Source: a virus (lineage: Duplodnaviria; Caudoviricetes). Taken from it: 34,740 nt of DNA. Shown piece by piece: positions 16,419 through 25,275 of the stretch. The notes beneath the pieces were generated by a model. It ran no database searches and had not been told where the DNA came from. It saw only the letters and a program-made list of their open reading frames with translations. Location: positions 1-34,740 of the IMG/VR virus record IMGVR_UViG_3300012942_000094; one strand, 5' to 3'. Made by a program: the position numbers and the translations under genes. The stretch's first letter is position 1. The number at the start of each line of letters is the position of its first letter.

Positions 16419-16427
16419 AGGTCACCC

Positions 16428-16509
16428 CCTCGGAGGTCGTCCGAGGTGGTGCGGGCAGGCCCGGTTCTCGGGGGCCGGGCCTGCCCTACCCCTGGGGATC
16501 AGCCAGGGG
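16428..16509. promoter_or_regulatory. Three consecutive hairpins in the TMP leader
   Basis: Stems at 16428-16446 (7 bp), 16453-16486 (12 bp) and 16489-16509 (7 bp). Confidence 0.6.
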
Positions 16510-16529
16510 CGCTTTCGGGGCGGAGCCGG

Positions 16530-16919
16530 TCAGGTCGCCTTCGCGCGCGGCGCTCGGGCCCGGCTTCGCGGCTTCGACGGCCCAGAGCCGGCCATCGGGG
16601 CGACGTCCGCGACGGAATCGCTCGGCTGCCCCTCCGGGGTGTCGTCGATGACCCTCAGCTCGAGCGTCAGCGGGTGGAGCGTCTCGATGAAGTCGTCCCA
16701 CTTCACGAAGTCCCCCGACCGGCGCCGCGCGATCCAGACGAGCGCAGCGACAGCCGCCGCCGACCCCCGCGGATTCATCAACGCCTCACCGAAGTCGACC
16801 ATCGCCATGCCGGTGTGCCGCTCCACGGCCAACAGCTCGGCCCCCGTCAACTTCCGCGGATCAGGGTCGATCCGCAGCACCTGGCCGTCGACCTCGAACT
16901 CAAAGAGCACCCGAGTCAC
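16530..16919 (-). CDS. Hypothetical tail-region protein (possible additional assembly chaperone)
   Basis: GTGA overlap; VTRVLFEFEVDG...LLAVERHTGM...ALVWIARRR; immediately upstream of the TMP. Confidence 0.7.
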   Translation of the reverse strand: MTRVLFEFEVDGQVLRIDPDPRKLTGAELLAVERHTGMAMVDFGEALMNPRGSAAAVAALVWIARRRSGDFVKWDDFIETLHPLTLELRVIDDTPEGQPSDSVADVAPMAGSGPSKPRSRARAPRAKAT

Positions 16920-17404
16920 CCCTCGATCTGGCGCGCGATCTCTTCCATCGCGCGCTCGATACCTGCACGCCAGCGCGACTCGAAGCGCTCCAGCGTCTTG
17001 TAGAAGACCTCTTGGCCCCGCTGCGACTCCCACACCGCGCGGTTGCCGAACACCGGGTGCCGCCACGAGCCGAGCCCGTCGAGGCCGTACGTCAGCGCCC
17101 GCCCGTACGCAGGGTCGACACGCTTCGACTCCGTGCGGATCCGGATGCCGTTCTGCAACACCGAGATCCGTGTCGCCGCAGCGACGCGGGCCCGTAGCCC
17201 CGACGACTCCCCGCCACCCCGGGAGGACTGCACATCGACCGTCAACCAGGCCGCCTGGACCGCGCGGAGCGCCCCGTCGCCCTCCTGCCGGATCGCCCGG
17301 GTCAGCTTCCGCTGGAGCCCCTTCTCCCCGGCCTCACGTAGCCGCCGCGACAACGCCCGGTACTTCTCCTGCCCGGCGACCTTCGTCCACACCACGACCG
17401 CCAT
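16916..17404 (-). CDS. HK97 gp10-like neck/tail-completion protein
   Basis: Basic protein with LSRRLREAG...WRHPVFGNRAVW...FY motif; coupled to neighbours. Confidence 0.7.
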   Translation of the reverse strand: MAVVVWTKVAGQEKYRALSRRLREAGEKGLQRKLTRAIRQEGDGALRAVQAAWLTVDVQSSRGGGESSGLRARVAAATRISVLQNGIRIRTESKRVDPAYGRALTYGLDGLGSWRHPVFGNRAVWESQRGQEVFYKTLERFESRWRAGIERAMEEIARQIEG

Positions 17405-17727
17405 CAGTGCCTCCCCGCCGGTCGTAGCTGGATGGTGGTTCCGCGCCGGTACGACTTGCGGTCCCGGTCGAACGCCTCGTCGGCCTGCGCCTTGATCTCG
17501 CAGCCCCGGCAGTGCATCGGGACCGCCTCGAACGCATGCGGGTCGTCAGCGAAGTCCGCCGGCCGGGTCCCGCACGACGGGCACCGCTCCGCCTGATGCC
17601 GCGCCCACCACAGCGCCGCCTCCTGCGAATGCTGCGACCAGCTCTTGAACTGGTCGTGCGGGATGCCGCGGGGCCCGCAGTACGCCATCTCCTCGGCGAA
17701 CTGAGCGTCCCGCTCTAGCCTTTTCCC
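17404..17727 (-). CDS. Tail assembly chaperone GT extension, read through a -1 frameshift
   Basis: The -1 frame is open after GGGAAAA: RLERDAQFAEEMAYC...CPSCG...CRGCE. Confidence 0.8.
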   Translation of the reverse strand, partial: GKRLERDAQFAEEMAYCGPRGIPHDQFKSWSQHSQEAALWWARHQAERCPSCGTRPADFADDPHAFEAVPMHCRGCEIKAQADEAFDRDRKSYRRGTTIQLRPAGRH

Positions 17728-18209
17728 AGGCTCACCCGCGGCACGGACGCGTTCAGATTCACCGCGGCCACGAACAGCGCGTTCAGCTCGCCGGCCGACA
17801 ACGCCTGCGTGACCTCGATCTGCCGCCACTGCGCCACCGAGATCCGCGGCTCGTCATCGGGCGGCACCACACACTCGGCCAGCACCGCCGGCCGGAACGA
17901 CTTCACGTCCCACATCGCATCCGAGCCGGGCGGCGCCGGGTGCTCGTCGACAAGCTCCTGCCAGCGCGCCGGGATCAACGCCTGCACCGTCACCATCCGG
18001 CGCGGCACTTCCGCCAGGGCCAGCCGGGCCGCCTGCACCTCCGCCCGCTCCGCGGCCGTGTCGAACTCGCCGCGCTCCACCGCCAGCTGCAGCGCCTGGG
18101 CCGCGGCGTCGAGCCGCCGCTGCGCCGCCGTGTGCGCTGCCCGGTCCAGCACGATCGGGACCTCCTCGGTCGCCGGGGGGCGGCCGAGGAGGTCCTCGAA
18201 CAGACTCAT
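17715..18209 (-). CDS. Tail assembly chaperone (G)
   Basis: ATGA overlap with the tail tube stop; MSLFEDLLGR...WQELVDEHP...SLGKG ending at the slippery site. Confidence 0.85.
   Translation of the reverse strand: MSLFEDLLGRPPATEEVPIVLDRAAHTAAQRRLDAAAQALQLAVERGEFDTAAERAEVQAARLALAEVPRRMVTVQALIPARWQELVDEHPAPPGSDAMWDVKSFRPAVLAECVVPPDDEPRISVAQWRQIEVTQALSAGELNALFVAAVNLNASVPRVSLGKG
17721..17727 (-). other. Programmed -1 ribosomal frameshift slippery heptamer G GGA AAA
   Basis: CTG GGA AAA GGC TAG at the end of the TAC gene; matches X XXY YYZ. Confidence 0.88.
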
Positions 18210-18697
18210 GCGGCGGGGACGGTCACGTTCTCCGACGGCTCCGCCGTGATCGCGTACGAGATCACGATGGTGTCTGCGTTGTCGCCGCCGACCTCGCGGT
18301 TCTTCGAGTGCGACACCACCGTCACCGGGTAGACGTCCGCCTTGTTGCCCTGCACGTCGCCGCCGTCGAGGATCATGATGAAGCCCTCCTCGTCGCGGGG
18401 CATGAGCGCGCGGGCGTCGACGCCCTCCTTGTCCATGTAGAACGTGAACGAGGAGTCCTCGGCGCTGATGGGGCCGGGGATCGTCGAGGTGTACCGGGTC
18501 GCCGCGTCCGGGGTCTCGATCATCGTCGAGGACACCGACCAGCCGGACCGGTCCGACACCTGCGTGGTCAGGTCGGTGCCGGCGTTCATCTCCGACCGGG
18601 TCGGCGCGGTCGGGTCCGCGCACGTCGGCAGCCAGTAGAACTTGGTGGTGCCGCGCGTGGTGTAGCGCGTCGATGCGGCGATCGCAGGGGTAGCCAT
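18206..18697 (-). CDS. Major tail (tube) protein
   Basis: YWLPTCADPTAPTRSEMNAGTDLT...IETPD...YTSTIPG motif typical of actinophage tail tubes; upstream of TAC. Confidence 0.88.
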   Translation of the reverse strand: MATPAIAASTRYTTRGTTKFYWLPTCADPTAPTRSEMNAGTDLTTQVSDRSGWSVSSTMIETPDAATRYTSTIPGPISAEDSSFTFYMDKEGVDARALMPRDEEGFIMILDGGDVQGNKADVYPVTVVSHSKNREVGGDNADTIVISYAITAEPSENVTVPAA

Positions 18698-18698
18698 G

Positions 18699-18971
18699 TC
18701 AGCTCTCCTTGTCGGGGGTGGCGCCCTCTGCGGGCGGAACCGTCGTGCTGTCGCCCTCTTCCGGGGCGTCCTGGGGGGCCGGGTCGTCGGCCGGTGTCAT
18801 CGCGGCCTCGGCCGCGGCCTTCGACTCGCGCCGCGCGCGGTCATGCCGCGACACCTCGGCCGCGGACATCTCGACCCAGCCGGACTGGGCCATCTGCGGC
18901 AGCGCCGACCGGGCGACCAGCTTCGGCTGCTCGATGTCCGGGTGCTTCGCCCAGACCCGCTCGGCGGCCAT
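18699..18971 (-). CDS. Hypothetical protein
   Basis: Coupled ORF with HPDI...SGW motif and a low-complexity C-terminus. Confidence 0.7.
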   Translation of the reverse strand: MAAERVWAKHPDIEQPKLVARSALPQMAQSGWVEMSAAEVSRHDRARRESKAAAEAAMTPADDPAPQDAPEEGDSTTVPPAEGATPDKES

Positions 18972-19309
18972 CAGCCGGCCACCGGGGCGCGGAGGCTGGC
19001 GATCGTCACCGTCGTGACCGCGGAACAGATCACCGTGGCCAACCCGTCGGCCGGGTCGCGGTAGAGGTTCCCGACCGCGATGAACCGGGACTCTCCCGCA
19101 GTGACGGTGACTTCCTGGTCGTCGACGTCGAGACCGGACACCTTCCCCGGCGTCACGAGTGTGACCGTGATGTCGGAACCGGAGCCGTTGACGACGTGCA
19201 CGAACGACCCGGCACCGGGCACGACCTTGTCCCCAGTGGACGCGGTCGCGGCCGAGTAGACAGCCTCGAGCCCGTCCTGGTCGATGTTCTGGATGGCGAG
19301 AGTCGCCAC
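18971..19309 (-). CDS. Small beta-rich virion structural protein
   Basis: AAGGGAG RBS; all-beta composition; position in the neck/tail operon. Confidence 0.75.
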   Translation of the reverse strand: MATLAIQNIDQDGLEAVYSAATASTGDKVVPGAGSFVHVVNGSGSDITVTLVTPGKVSGLDVDDQEVTVTAGESRFIAVGNLYRDPADGLATVICSAVTTVTIASLRAPVAG

Positions 19310-19344
19310 GTGGATCTCCCTTACTCAGGCGGCCGTGGCCGCTC

Positions 19345-19779
19345 TCACCGGTACGTGTTGAGGCGGACCGTGAAGACGATCAGCGCGGCGATGCCCTGCT
19401 CGTTCTGGACGAGCCGGTAGCCCCAGGACGCGATCCGCGCGTCCCACACCCGGTCCGCCGACAGCTGCGGCAACACCGCCTCGGCCTGGTCGAACACGGC
19501 GAACGTCCGCCGACGCAGCCCGGCGAGCTCCCCGCTGTCACCGGACCAGCACTCGACGGTGCAGCTGAGGTCGACGGGCTCCTCCGTCGAGTCCGCGGCG
19601 AACTCCCGGAGGCTCTGCGCGGCCGTGAAGTCGTCGACCGGGACACCGACACCGATCGCGGCCTGCCCGTCGAGGTTGTGCGTCGGGGGGCCGTCCTCGA
19701 CGAGCACGTCGTCCGGGTCGAACGCAGCCGACCACAGCGCGACGAGCGCCTCGATTGCGCCCGGGACCGCGGACCCCAC
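19345..19779 (-). CDS. Probable tail terminator
   Basis: Size, V.DGPP motif and synteny between the adaptor and tail tube genes. Confidence 0.65.
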   Translation of the reverse strand: MGSAVPGAIEALVALWSAAFDPDDVLVEDGPPTHNLDGQAAIGVGVPVDDFTAAQSLREFAADSTEEPVDLSCTVECWSGDSGELAGLRRRTFAVFDQAEAVLPQLSADRVWDARIASWGYRLVQNEQGIAALIVFTVRLNTYR

Positions 19780-19780
19780 G

Positions 19781-20602
19781 TCAGCCCACCAGCGGGCCGC
19801 GGGGCCCGATCAGATCGGCGACGTGCGGGGGCAGAAGCCGGCCGCCGATGTTGACCATGCGGTCGAGGTCGGGGTTGTTCACGTTGTTCACCGCGCGTGG
19901 CACGGCCGCGGCGTTCTTGCCGCGCTGTGACTCCCACGTCGACCGGACGAGTTCCTTCGCGGCCATCGTCAGCCGCGCCGGGACCTGGTCGTAGCCGGCG
20001 ACGTAGGTGAACCGCACTCGGCCACCCAGCCAGCCGCCGCGCTGGACGCTGACCACACCCTCGGGGCTGACCGCGAGGTCGTCGACGTCCCAGGTCAGGG
20101 AGCCGTCGACGCGGGCGGCTGAGGTCAGAGAGATGACCGGCGTCGACGTCACAGTCGCGGCCATCCGCCCGTACGGGATGTCGCGGTCCTCGACGACCGT
20201 GCGCCGCACGATGACCTCACCGACGGCGTCCTCGATGACCCCGGTCGCGGACTCGATGTGCGAACGGAGTTCCTCGTCGTCCTTCGTGGACGTCATGTTG
20301 AGGTGCGCCTTCATGTCCTCGAGCGACACGAGGTACGCGGGGGCGGTGTCTCGGACGTCGAAGGTGTCCGCGAACGCCGTCGCGGGCGCCTCGGAGACCC
20401 ACCGCACGGTGTGCCGCCCGGGCAGGGTCGGCACGTAGTCGACCTGGTAGATGCCGGTGCTGGGGTTAGTGGGCGATGGCGTCTCGCTGGTGCCGTCCGG
20501 CAGACCGATCGTGCACACGACCCCGCTCGCGGGAGTCAGGTCCCCACTCGCGTCGGTGATCTCCGCCGTTAGCGGGACCGTGTCGCCGAGATCCCAGGCC
20601 AT
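19781..20602 (-). CDS. Head-to-tail adaptor with an N-terminal Ig/BppU-like domain
   Basis: LVSLEDMKAHLN...DDEEL...IESAT...YVAGY...P..LTMAAKEL adaptor motifs; N-terminal GDTVPL...TGIYQVDY...GRHTVRW domain. Confidence 0.82.
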   Translation of the reverse strand: MAWDLGDTVPLTAEITDASGDLTPASGVVCTIGLPDGTSETPSPTNPSTGIYQVDYVPTLPGRHTVRWVSEAPATAFADTFDVRDTAPAYLVSLEDMKAHLNMTSTKDDEELRSHIESATGVIEDAVGEVIVRRTVVEDRDIPYGRMAATVTSTPVISLTSAARVDGSLTWDVDDLAVSPEGVVSVQRGGWLGGRVRFTYVAGYDQVPARLTMAAKELVRSTWESQRGKNAAAVPRAVNNVNNPDLDRMVNIGGRLLPPHVADLIGPRGPLVG

Positions 20603-20605
20603 CCG

Positions 20606-22129
20606 CTACCCCTTCCTCATCGTCGGGCCGTCCCGGTCGGCGCCCCGGGCCGTTGCAGCAGGCCGCGCCTTGGTGCTTGCAGTCGGTCCTCGGCGAAATG
20701 CAGCCCGCATGAACGCGCGGGTCGCGACCACGGGCTCGACGAACTGCGCCGACGCCCCGCCAACTGGTGTGATCCCGCCGCCGAGGACCCGGCCGAGGAC
20801 CTTCAGGGCCGCACCGGCCGGGACGGTCCCACCGGCCAGCAGCCGCCCGATCCGCTTCCCGACCACGCCCGCCGGCGCGGTCGAGCCCGCCAGCGTCTTC
20901 CCCGGGGTCTTCCGCAGAGCCCCGGACGGCGTGATCGACCCTGCGAGCGCGATGAGCCGCGACCGGATCGACGCGAGCGCCCCCGTCGGGGTCACCGCCC
21001 CCGTCAGGCGCCGCGCCAGCGATCGTGTGACCGCCCCGGACGGCGTCGCGCCGCCGGCCAGCGGCTTCTGCGGCTGCCGGAGCAGCACCCCCGACGGCGC
21101 GATCGCACCGGCGAGCGCCAGGAGCCGGGTCCGGATCATCCCGACCGCACCGGACGGCGTCACCGAGCCGCCGAGGAGCCGCGCGACGAGCTTCGAGACC
21201 GCCCCGGACGGCGTCACCGCGCCGACCGTCCGCTTCGACGTCGCCCGGGCCAGCCCACCGGACGGGACGATGGCCCCGGCCAGGGCCAGCACCCGCGCCC
21301 GGACGGTCGCGACCGCACCGGACGGCGCGATCGTCCCGCCGAGGACCTTCAGGACGGCGCGGAGCACCACCGCAGTCGGCGTGACCGCGCCACCGAGGGT
21401 CTTCCGCGGCTGCCGGGCCACGACCCCGGCCGGCGTCGTTGCGCCGCCGAGAGCCTTCGCCGAGCCGCGGGCCACCGCCCCCGACGGGGTGATGCCGCCC
21501 GACACCGACACCGGCGTCGTCGACCCGCCACCGCCCGCCGGCTTCAGCGCGACCAGCACACCCAGGCACATTCCCGACGGGAGCGTCCCGCCACTGCCCG
21601 AGTAGGTGCCTGCCGCTCCAGGGATCCGGTAGTTCGTCTTGATGTAGTCCGCGTCCTGGACCTCGGTGAACGACGCCGGCGGCGACCCGGCGCCGGATGT
21701 CGCGTTCCGGACGAACAGCGCGAGGAAGTCCGCATCCGTCGCGACCACCGACGTCGCCGGGTACGCGGCGCCGGACGCCGCGACCCCGTGGTAGGCGTCA
21801 ATCGGGTCACCGGACGCGACGACCCCAGTTGCCAGCATCGCCTGCCCGAGCGCCCATTGCGACCCGGACCAGGAGAACGTGTAGTTGCCACTGTCGGCGC
21901 CGGTGAGCCGCTTCCAGTAGATCGCGATCTTGTCTGGGCCCGAGACGACCTGCGTGATCTCTGTGAACCCTGACGGGGCAGTGATCGCCGGGTTGGTCGA
22001 CTCCCACCGGCTCACCGAGACCAGCGCGATGTCCCCCGCCGCCGCCCCGGTCGGGACCGGCACGTTGATCGAGGAGACGTACGCGTCCGACTGCCCGGTT
22101 CGGCTGGACGAGCGGTAGGCGACGGCCAC
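20606..22129 (-). CDS. Putative head/collar fibre protein: beta domain plus basic 18/20-aa repeats
   Basis: N-terminus (VPVPTGAAAGD...ITAPSGFT...YWK...YTFS) resembles the N-terminus of 6238..10923; 14 GxxxP(S/A/T)G-type repeats follow. Confidence 0.75.
   Translation of the reverse strand: MAVAYRSSSRTGQSDAYVSSINVPVPTGAAAGDIALVSVSRWESTNPAITAPSGFTEITQVVSGPDKIAIYWKRLTGADSGNYTFSWSGSQWALGQAMLATGVVASGDPIDAYHGVAASGAAYPATSVVATDADFLALFVRNATSGAGSPPASFTEVQDADYIKTNYRIPGAAGTYSGSGGTLPSGMCLGVLVALKPAGGGGSTTPVSVSGGITPSGAVARGSAKALGGATTPAGVVARQPRKTLGGAVTPTAVVLRAVLKVLGGTIAPSGAVATVRARVLALAGAIVPSGGLARATSKRTVGAVTPSGAVSKLVARLLGGSVTPSGAVGMIRTRLLALAGAIAPSGVLLRQPQKPLAGGATPSGAVTRSLARRLTGAVTPTGALASIRSRLIALAGSITPSGALRKTPGKTLAGSTAPAGVVGKRIGRLLAGGTVPAGAALKVLGRVLGGGITPVGGASAQFVEPVVATRAFMRAAFRRGPTASTKARPAATARGADRDGPTMRKG
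20757..21499 (-). repeat. 14 tandem basic repeats with an 18-18-20 aa super-period
   Basis: Unit lengths 18,18,18,20,18,18,20,18,18,20,18,18,18 plus a partial unit; no Asp or Glu in the array. Confidence 0.9.
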
Positions 22130-22191
22130 GATCTCACGCCTCTCCGAGGTGCGCGCAGACGCGCGAGACCGAGCCCGTACTCACAGAAGGG

Positions 22192-22932
22192 TCAGGAACC
22201 GGCGGTGATGGTGAAGTCGTACGTCGACTGCAGCGAATCCCCGGACGCGAGGTTCACCACCGAGAACACGCTCCGGTCCAGCAGCGTCCCGCCGCCGGTC
22301 GCGGCCTGCGAGAAGACGCCGTGCTCGGTGCACGCCACGCTCGCGTCGACGGTGTTCGTGCCGACCGTGCGGAAGATGTTGGCGGAGGCGCCTTCGGTGA
22401 GGCTGCCGGTCGCGCGGGTCGAGTCCGGGTTCAGCGCCGTCGTCGACTCGGTCACCAGCCCGGTGTCCGAGCTCGCCTCAGCGGTCGTGCCGGTGCCGAT
22501 GCCGTGGTACTTCAGGACCTCCGGCTCCACGATGCCCTGCATGGAGTCGACGAGGAAGTTCACGCCGGCCGTTGTCACGACTCGCATCGACGCGAGGCCG
22601 AGCTCGAGGACGTCGCCGTCGCGGTGGATGTGCGTCAGGTACAGCGAGCCGTAGAAGTTCGACAGCCGCAGCGCCCGGGCGGCCAGGGCACGGCGCGCGC
22701 CGCGGACGAGGTGCCGGAAGTTCGCGGTGCGCCACGCGTTGATGCGGTCGTCGAGACCGGCCCGCGGGAGCCCGAAGTGGGCGATCTCGGCCAGGGACAG
22801 CTCCCGGGCTGGGTACTGCGAAAGGGCGGTGAGCCGGTCGAACCGGTCACGGATCTCTCGAGTGTCCGCCGCGCGGATGACGCGAAGCGAGAGCGCACCG
22901 GACGGCTCCGCGGAGCCACCGTGGATCGACAT
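22192..22932 (-). CDS. Virion structural protein (fibre base/collar-like)
   Basis: VTTAG...GIGTGTTAEASSDTGL...TEHGVF...LLDRSVF...YDFTI; GGAG RBS. Confidence 0.75.
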   Translation of the reverse strand: MSIHGGSAEPSGALSLRVIRAADTREIRDRFDRLTALSQYPARELSLAEIAHFGLPRAGLDDRINAWRTANFRHLVRGARRALAARALRLSNFYGSLYLTHIHRDGDVLELGLASMRVVTTAGVNFLVDSMQGIVEPEVLKYHGIGTGTTAEASSDTGLVTESTTALNPDSTRATGSLTEGASANIFRTVGTNTVDASVACTEHGVFSQAATGGGTLLDRSVFSVVNLASGDSLQSTYDFTITAGS

Positions 22933-22970
22933 GGTCTGACTCCTGAGGGTCCTTGGCTTGCGGCGAACGA

Positions 22971-23009
22971 CCGCGGCCCCGGCCCTGGGGAGCAGGGTCG
23001 GGGCCGCGG
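22971..23009 (-). terminator. Strong hairpin (terminator or mRNA stabiliser) after the capsid block
   Basis: 17-bp stem CCGCGGCCCCGGCCCTG/CAGGGTCGGGGCCGCGG with one imperfect pair and a 5-nt loop; weak U-tract. Confidence 0.7.
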
Positions 23010-23016
23010 AGCCGTG

Positions 23017-23427
23017 TCAGTTGGCCGGGTACTTGCCGGGGGAACCGAGCAGCAGGATCGCGGAGATCGAGCCACCGGTGGTGACGCCGGTCGACGTCAC
23101 CCGGACACGGACGAACGGCGCGGCCGCGGGGTCCGGGGTGAACCCCATCAGGGCGACACCGTTCGCGGCGTTCACCGCAGCAGCGCCCTGCAGCCGCTCG
23201 GCCGGGACATCGGTCCAGCCGTTCGAGCCGTTCGCGGACTCCTGCGGCACCGCTGTGTAGGTGCCGTCGGTGACCGCGCCGGCCGCGAGCACGACCGCGC
23301 AGGTGCGGAAGTCCGCGCCCGACTGGTCGAGCCCCACCGACGTGCCGTCGGTGTTGGTGTTCGAGTTGATCGTCGAGACGTTCAGGGCCCGGACGGCCTT
23401 GACCTCGCTGTAGATCGACCTACGCAT
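23017..23427 (-). CDS. Probable head decoration/cement protein
   Basis: Beta-rich with QES...WTDV...FVRVRV pattern; downstream of the MCP. Confidence 0.7.
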   Translation of the reverse strand: MRRSIYSEVKAVRALNVSTINSNTNTDGTSVGLDQSGADFRTCAVVLAAGAVTDGTYTAVPQESANGSNGWTDVPAERLQGAAAVNAANGVALMGFTPDPAAAPFVRVRVTSTGVTTGGSISAILLLGSPGKYPAN

Positions 23428-23719
23428 CGGCCTCGTCCTCCTTCCCCTGCTTCTCGTCGGCCTTCTCGTCGGCCTTCGGCTTCGTGACGTGCCGGCGCGC
23501 GCCGGGAGCGGCCGAAGCCGTCTCCTCGGCGCCGGCGGCCGCCGCCGGGCGGATACCGCCCGACGACCGGACCGAGACCTCCCCGAACAGGTGGTCCCGG
23601 CCCTTGCACACCTCGTCGTCGGACCAGAAGCGCTCCCCGCGGTTCACCACGAACGGCGCACCGTTCGACAGGGTCACGGAGAACGACTCCAGGGCCTCGA
23701 CCATGCGCTTCACAGCCAT
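23420..23719 (-). CDS. Hypothetical protein after the MCP
   Basis: TGATG coupling; ALESF...GE...D...KGRDHLF...EETASAAPG..R pattern seen after actinophage capsid genes. Confidence 0.75.
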   Translation of the reverse strand: MAVKRMVEALESFSVTLSNGAPFVVNRGERFWSDDEVCKGRDHLFGEVSVRSSGGIRPAAAAGAEETASAAPGARRHVTKPKADEKADEKQGKEDEADA

Positions 23720-25266
23720 CAGGTGACGTTCAGCATCCGGAAGGCGCCGTCGTTGACGCTGTCGGCGCCGTGGCGGGTGTACGCCAGCCAGCCGCGCTGG
23801 TTCGTCGGCCGGTGGTTGCTGCCGAACAGGTGCGGCACGAACTCCACCGTGGTGCCGATGCGGTCGGCGATGACGTAGTTGTCGAAGTCACCGAACACCA
23901 GCACGTAGTTCTCGGCCGAGCTGTTGATGACGCCGTCCATGTCCTCGGACTCGAGGACCGTCTTGCTCAGCAGGCCCTGGGGGCGGTCCTCACCGAGGCG
24001 AGCCCACAGTCCGGCACCACCCTGGGTGTCGAACTGCCGGATCTTCGAGTAGATGAGGTTGTTGCCGAGCCACGCCGTCGACGGCATGCCCCGGTAGCGG
24101 GCCGGGAGCGCGGCCTGCAACGCGTAGACGTCGGCGAGCGCAAACGTGTCGGTGCTGGCCGAGGGCACGACCGAGCTGGTGCCGGTCAGAGCGGTCACGA
24201 TCCCCGTCGGCTTGCCCGACCCGTCGCCGACGGCGAACGCGTTCGCCTCCAGCACGTCCTTGCCGAACGCGAGCAGCCGCCCGACCTCGGCGGTGACGTT
24301 CGCGGCGTCCTGGAACGCCTCCGTGCTGATCGGCACGAAGCCCTGCGCCTTGTAGATCGGCACCGTCGGCTGAGCGAGGGTCGGGGAGTCGTCCGACACC
24401 TCCGTGGCCTCAGCGTCGTAGGACCAGCTGACCGCGCCGGCCGAGACACCGTTCCAGACGTCGCCCGTGGCGACGACCTGGCGGGCGACCTGCCGGATCT
24501 GGTTCACGCTGCCGTTGGCGGTGATGATGACCGTCGGGTCCAGCTGGAACGGCACCAAGTAGCCGCCGGCCGAGTCCGTGAGCGACATCGCGCGGGCCAG
24601 GGACTTCACCCGGGCGATCGCCTGACGCTCGTCGTCCTGCAGCGCACCCTCACCCGCGAGCGGGTTCCGGGCCATCTTCGACCACGCACGCAGGTAAACC
24701 GGCTCCGACAGAGCCAGGGTCAGCCGCGACAGGCGGCCATCCTCGTCGTCCCACCGCTCGACGATGTCCGTCGCGGCAGACCGGATCCGGTCGTTCGCGC
24801 CCTGCATCTTCTCGATCGCCGACAGCGCCCGGGCCCGGTACTCCGCGGTCAGCTCGGCCGCAGGCCGGTCGAACGTGCGGACCTCGGACAGGTCCCACGG
24901 GTTGCGGAACCGCTTGTCCTCGATGCTGTCGGGCTCGAGGATCGCGTCACGGTCGTACCCGGCGCCGTTCTCGACCCGCCCGGAGGGGCGGGCACCGGCG
25001 CCGCGGCGACCCGCGTCCCGAAGCTCGGTCTCGGCGACGTGCCGGACCTCGGCGAGCTTCGCGGCCCGCTCCAGGCTCTTGCGGTGCTCGTCGACCTGCC
25101 GGAACTCGACGAGGAGCTCGTCGAGGTAGGTGTCGTCGGCCTCGGTCGGCTTCTCGATGCCGGCCAGCCGCTCCATCTCGGACTGGATCTCACGCTGCCG
25201 GTTCACGGCCTGCGTGTGGGTGAGAGTGGGGCCCCCAGCCGGGGTGCCCTCGTTCTCCTCCGCCAT
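23719..25266 (-). CDS. Major capsid protein (HK97 fold, N-terminal delta/scaffold domain)
   Basis: GGYLVP, GDGSGKPTGI and FGDF motifs; coiled-coil N-terminus; GGAG RBS. Confidence 0.95.
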   Translation of the reverse strand: MAEENEGTPAGGPTLTHTQAVNRQREIQSEMERLAGIEKPTEADDTYLDELLVEFRQVDEHRKSLERAAKLAEVRHVAETELRDAGRRGAGARPSGRVENGAGYDRDAILEPDSIEDKRFRNPWDLSEVRTFDRPAAELTAEYRARALSAIEKMQGANDRIRSAATDIVERWDDEDGRLSRLTLALSEPVYLRAWSKMARNPLAGEGALQDDERQAIARVKSLARAMSLTDSAGGYLVPFQLDPTVIITANGSVNQIRQVARQVVATGDVWNGVSAGAVSWSYDAEATEVSDDSPTLAQPTVPIYKAQGFVPISTEAFQDAANVTAEVGRLLAFGKDVLEANAFAVGDGSGKPTGIVTALTGTSSVVPSASTDTFALADVYALQAALPARYRGMPSTAWLGNNLIYSKIRQFDTQGGAGLWARLGEDRPQGLLSKTVLESEDMDGVINSSAENYVLVFGDFDNYVIADRIGTTVEFVPHLFGSNHRPTNQRGWLAYTRHGADSVNDGAFRMLNVT

Positions 25267-25275
25267 GGGGGTCTC

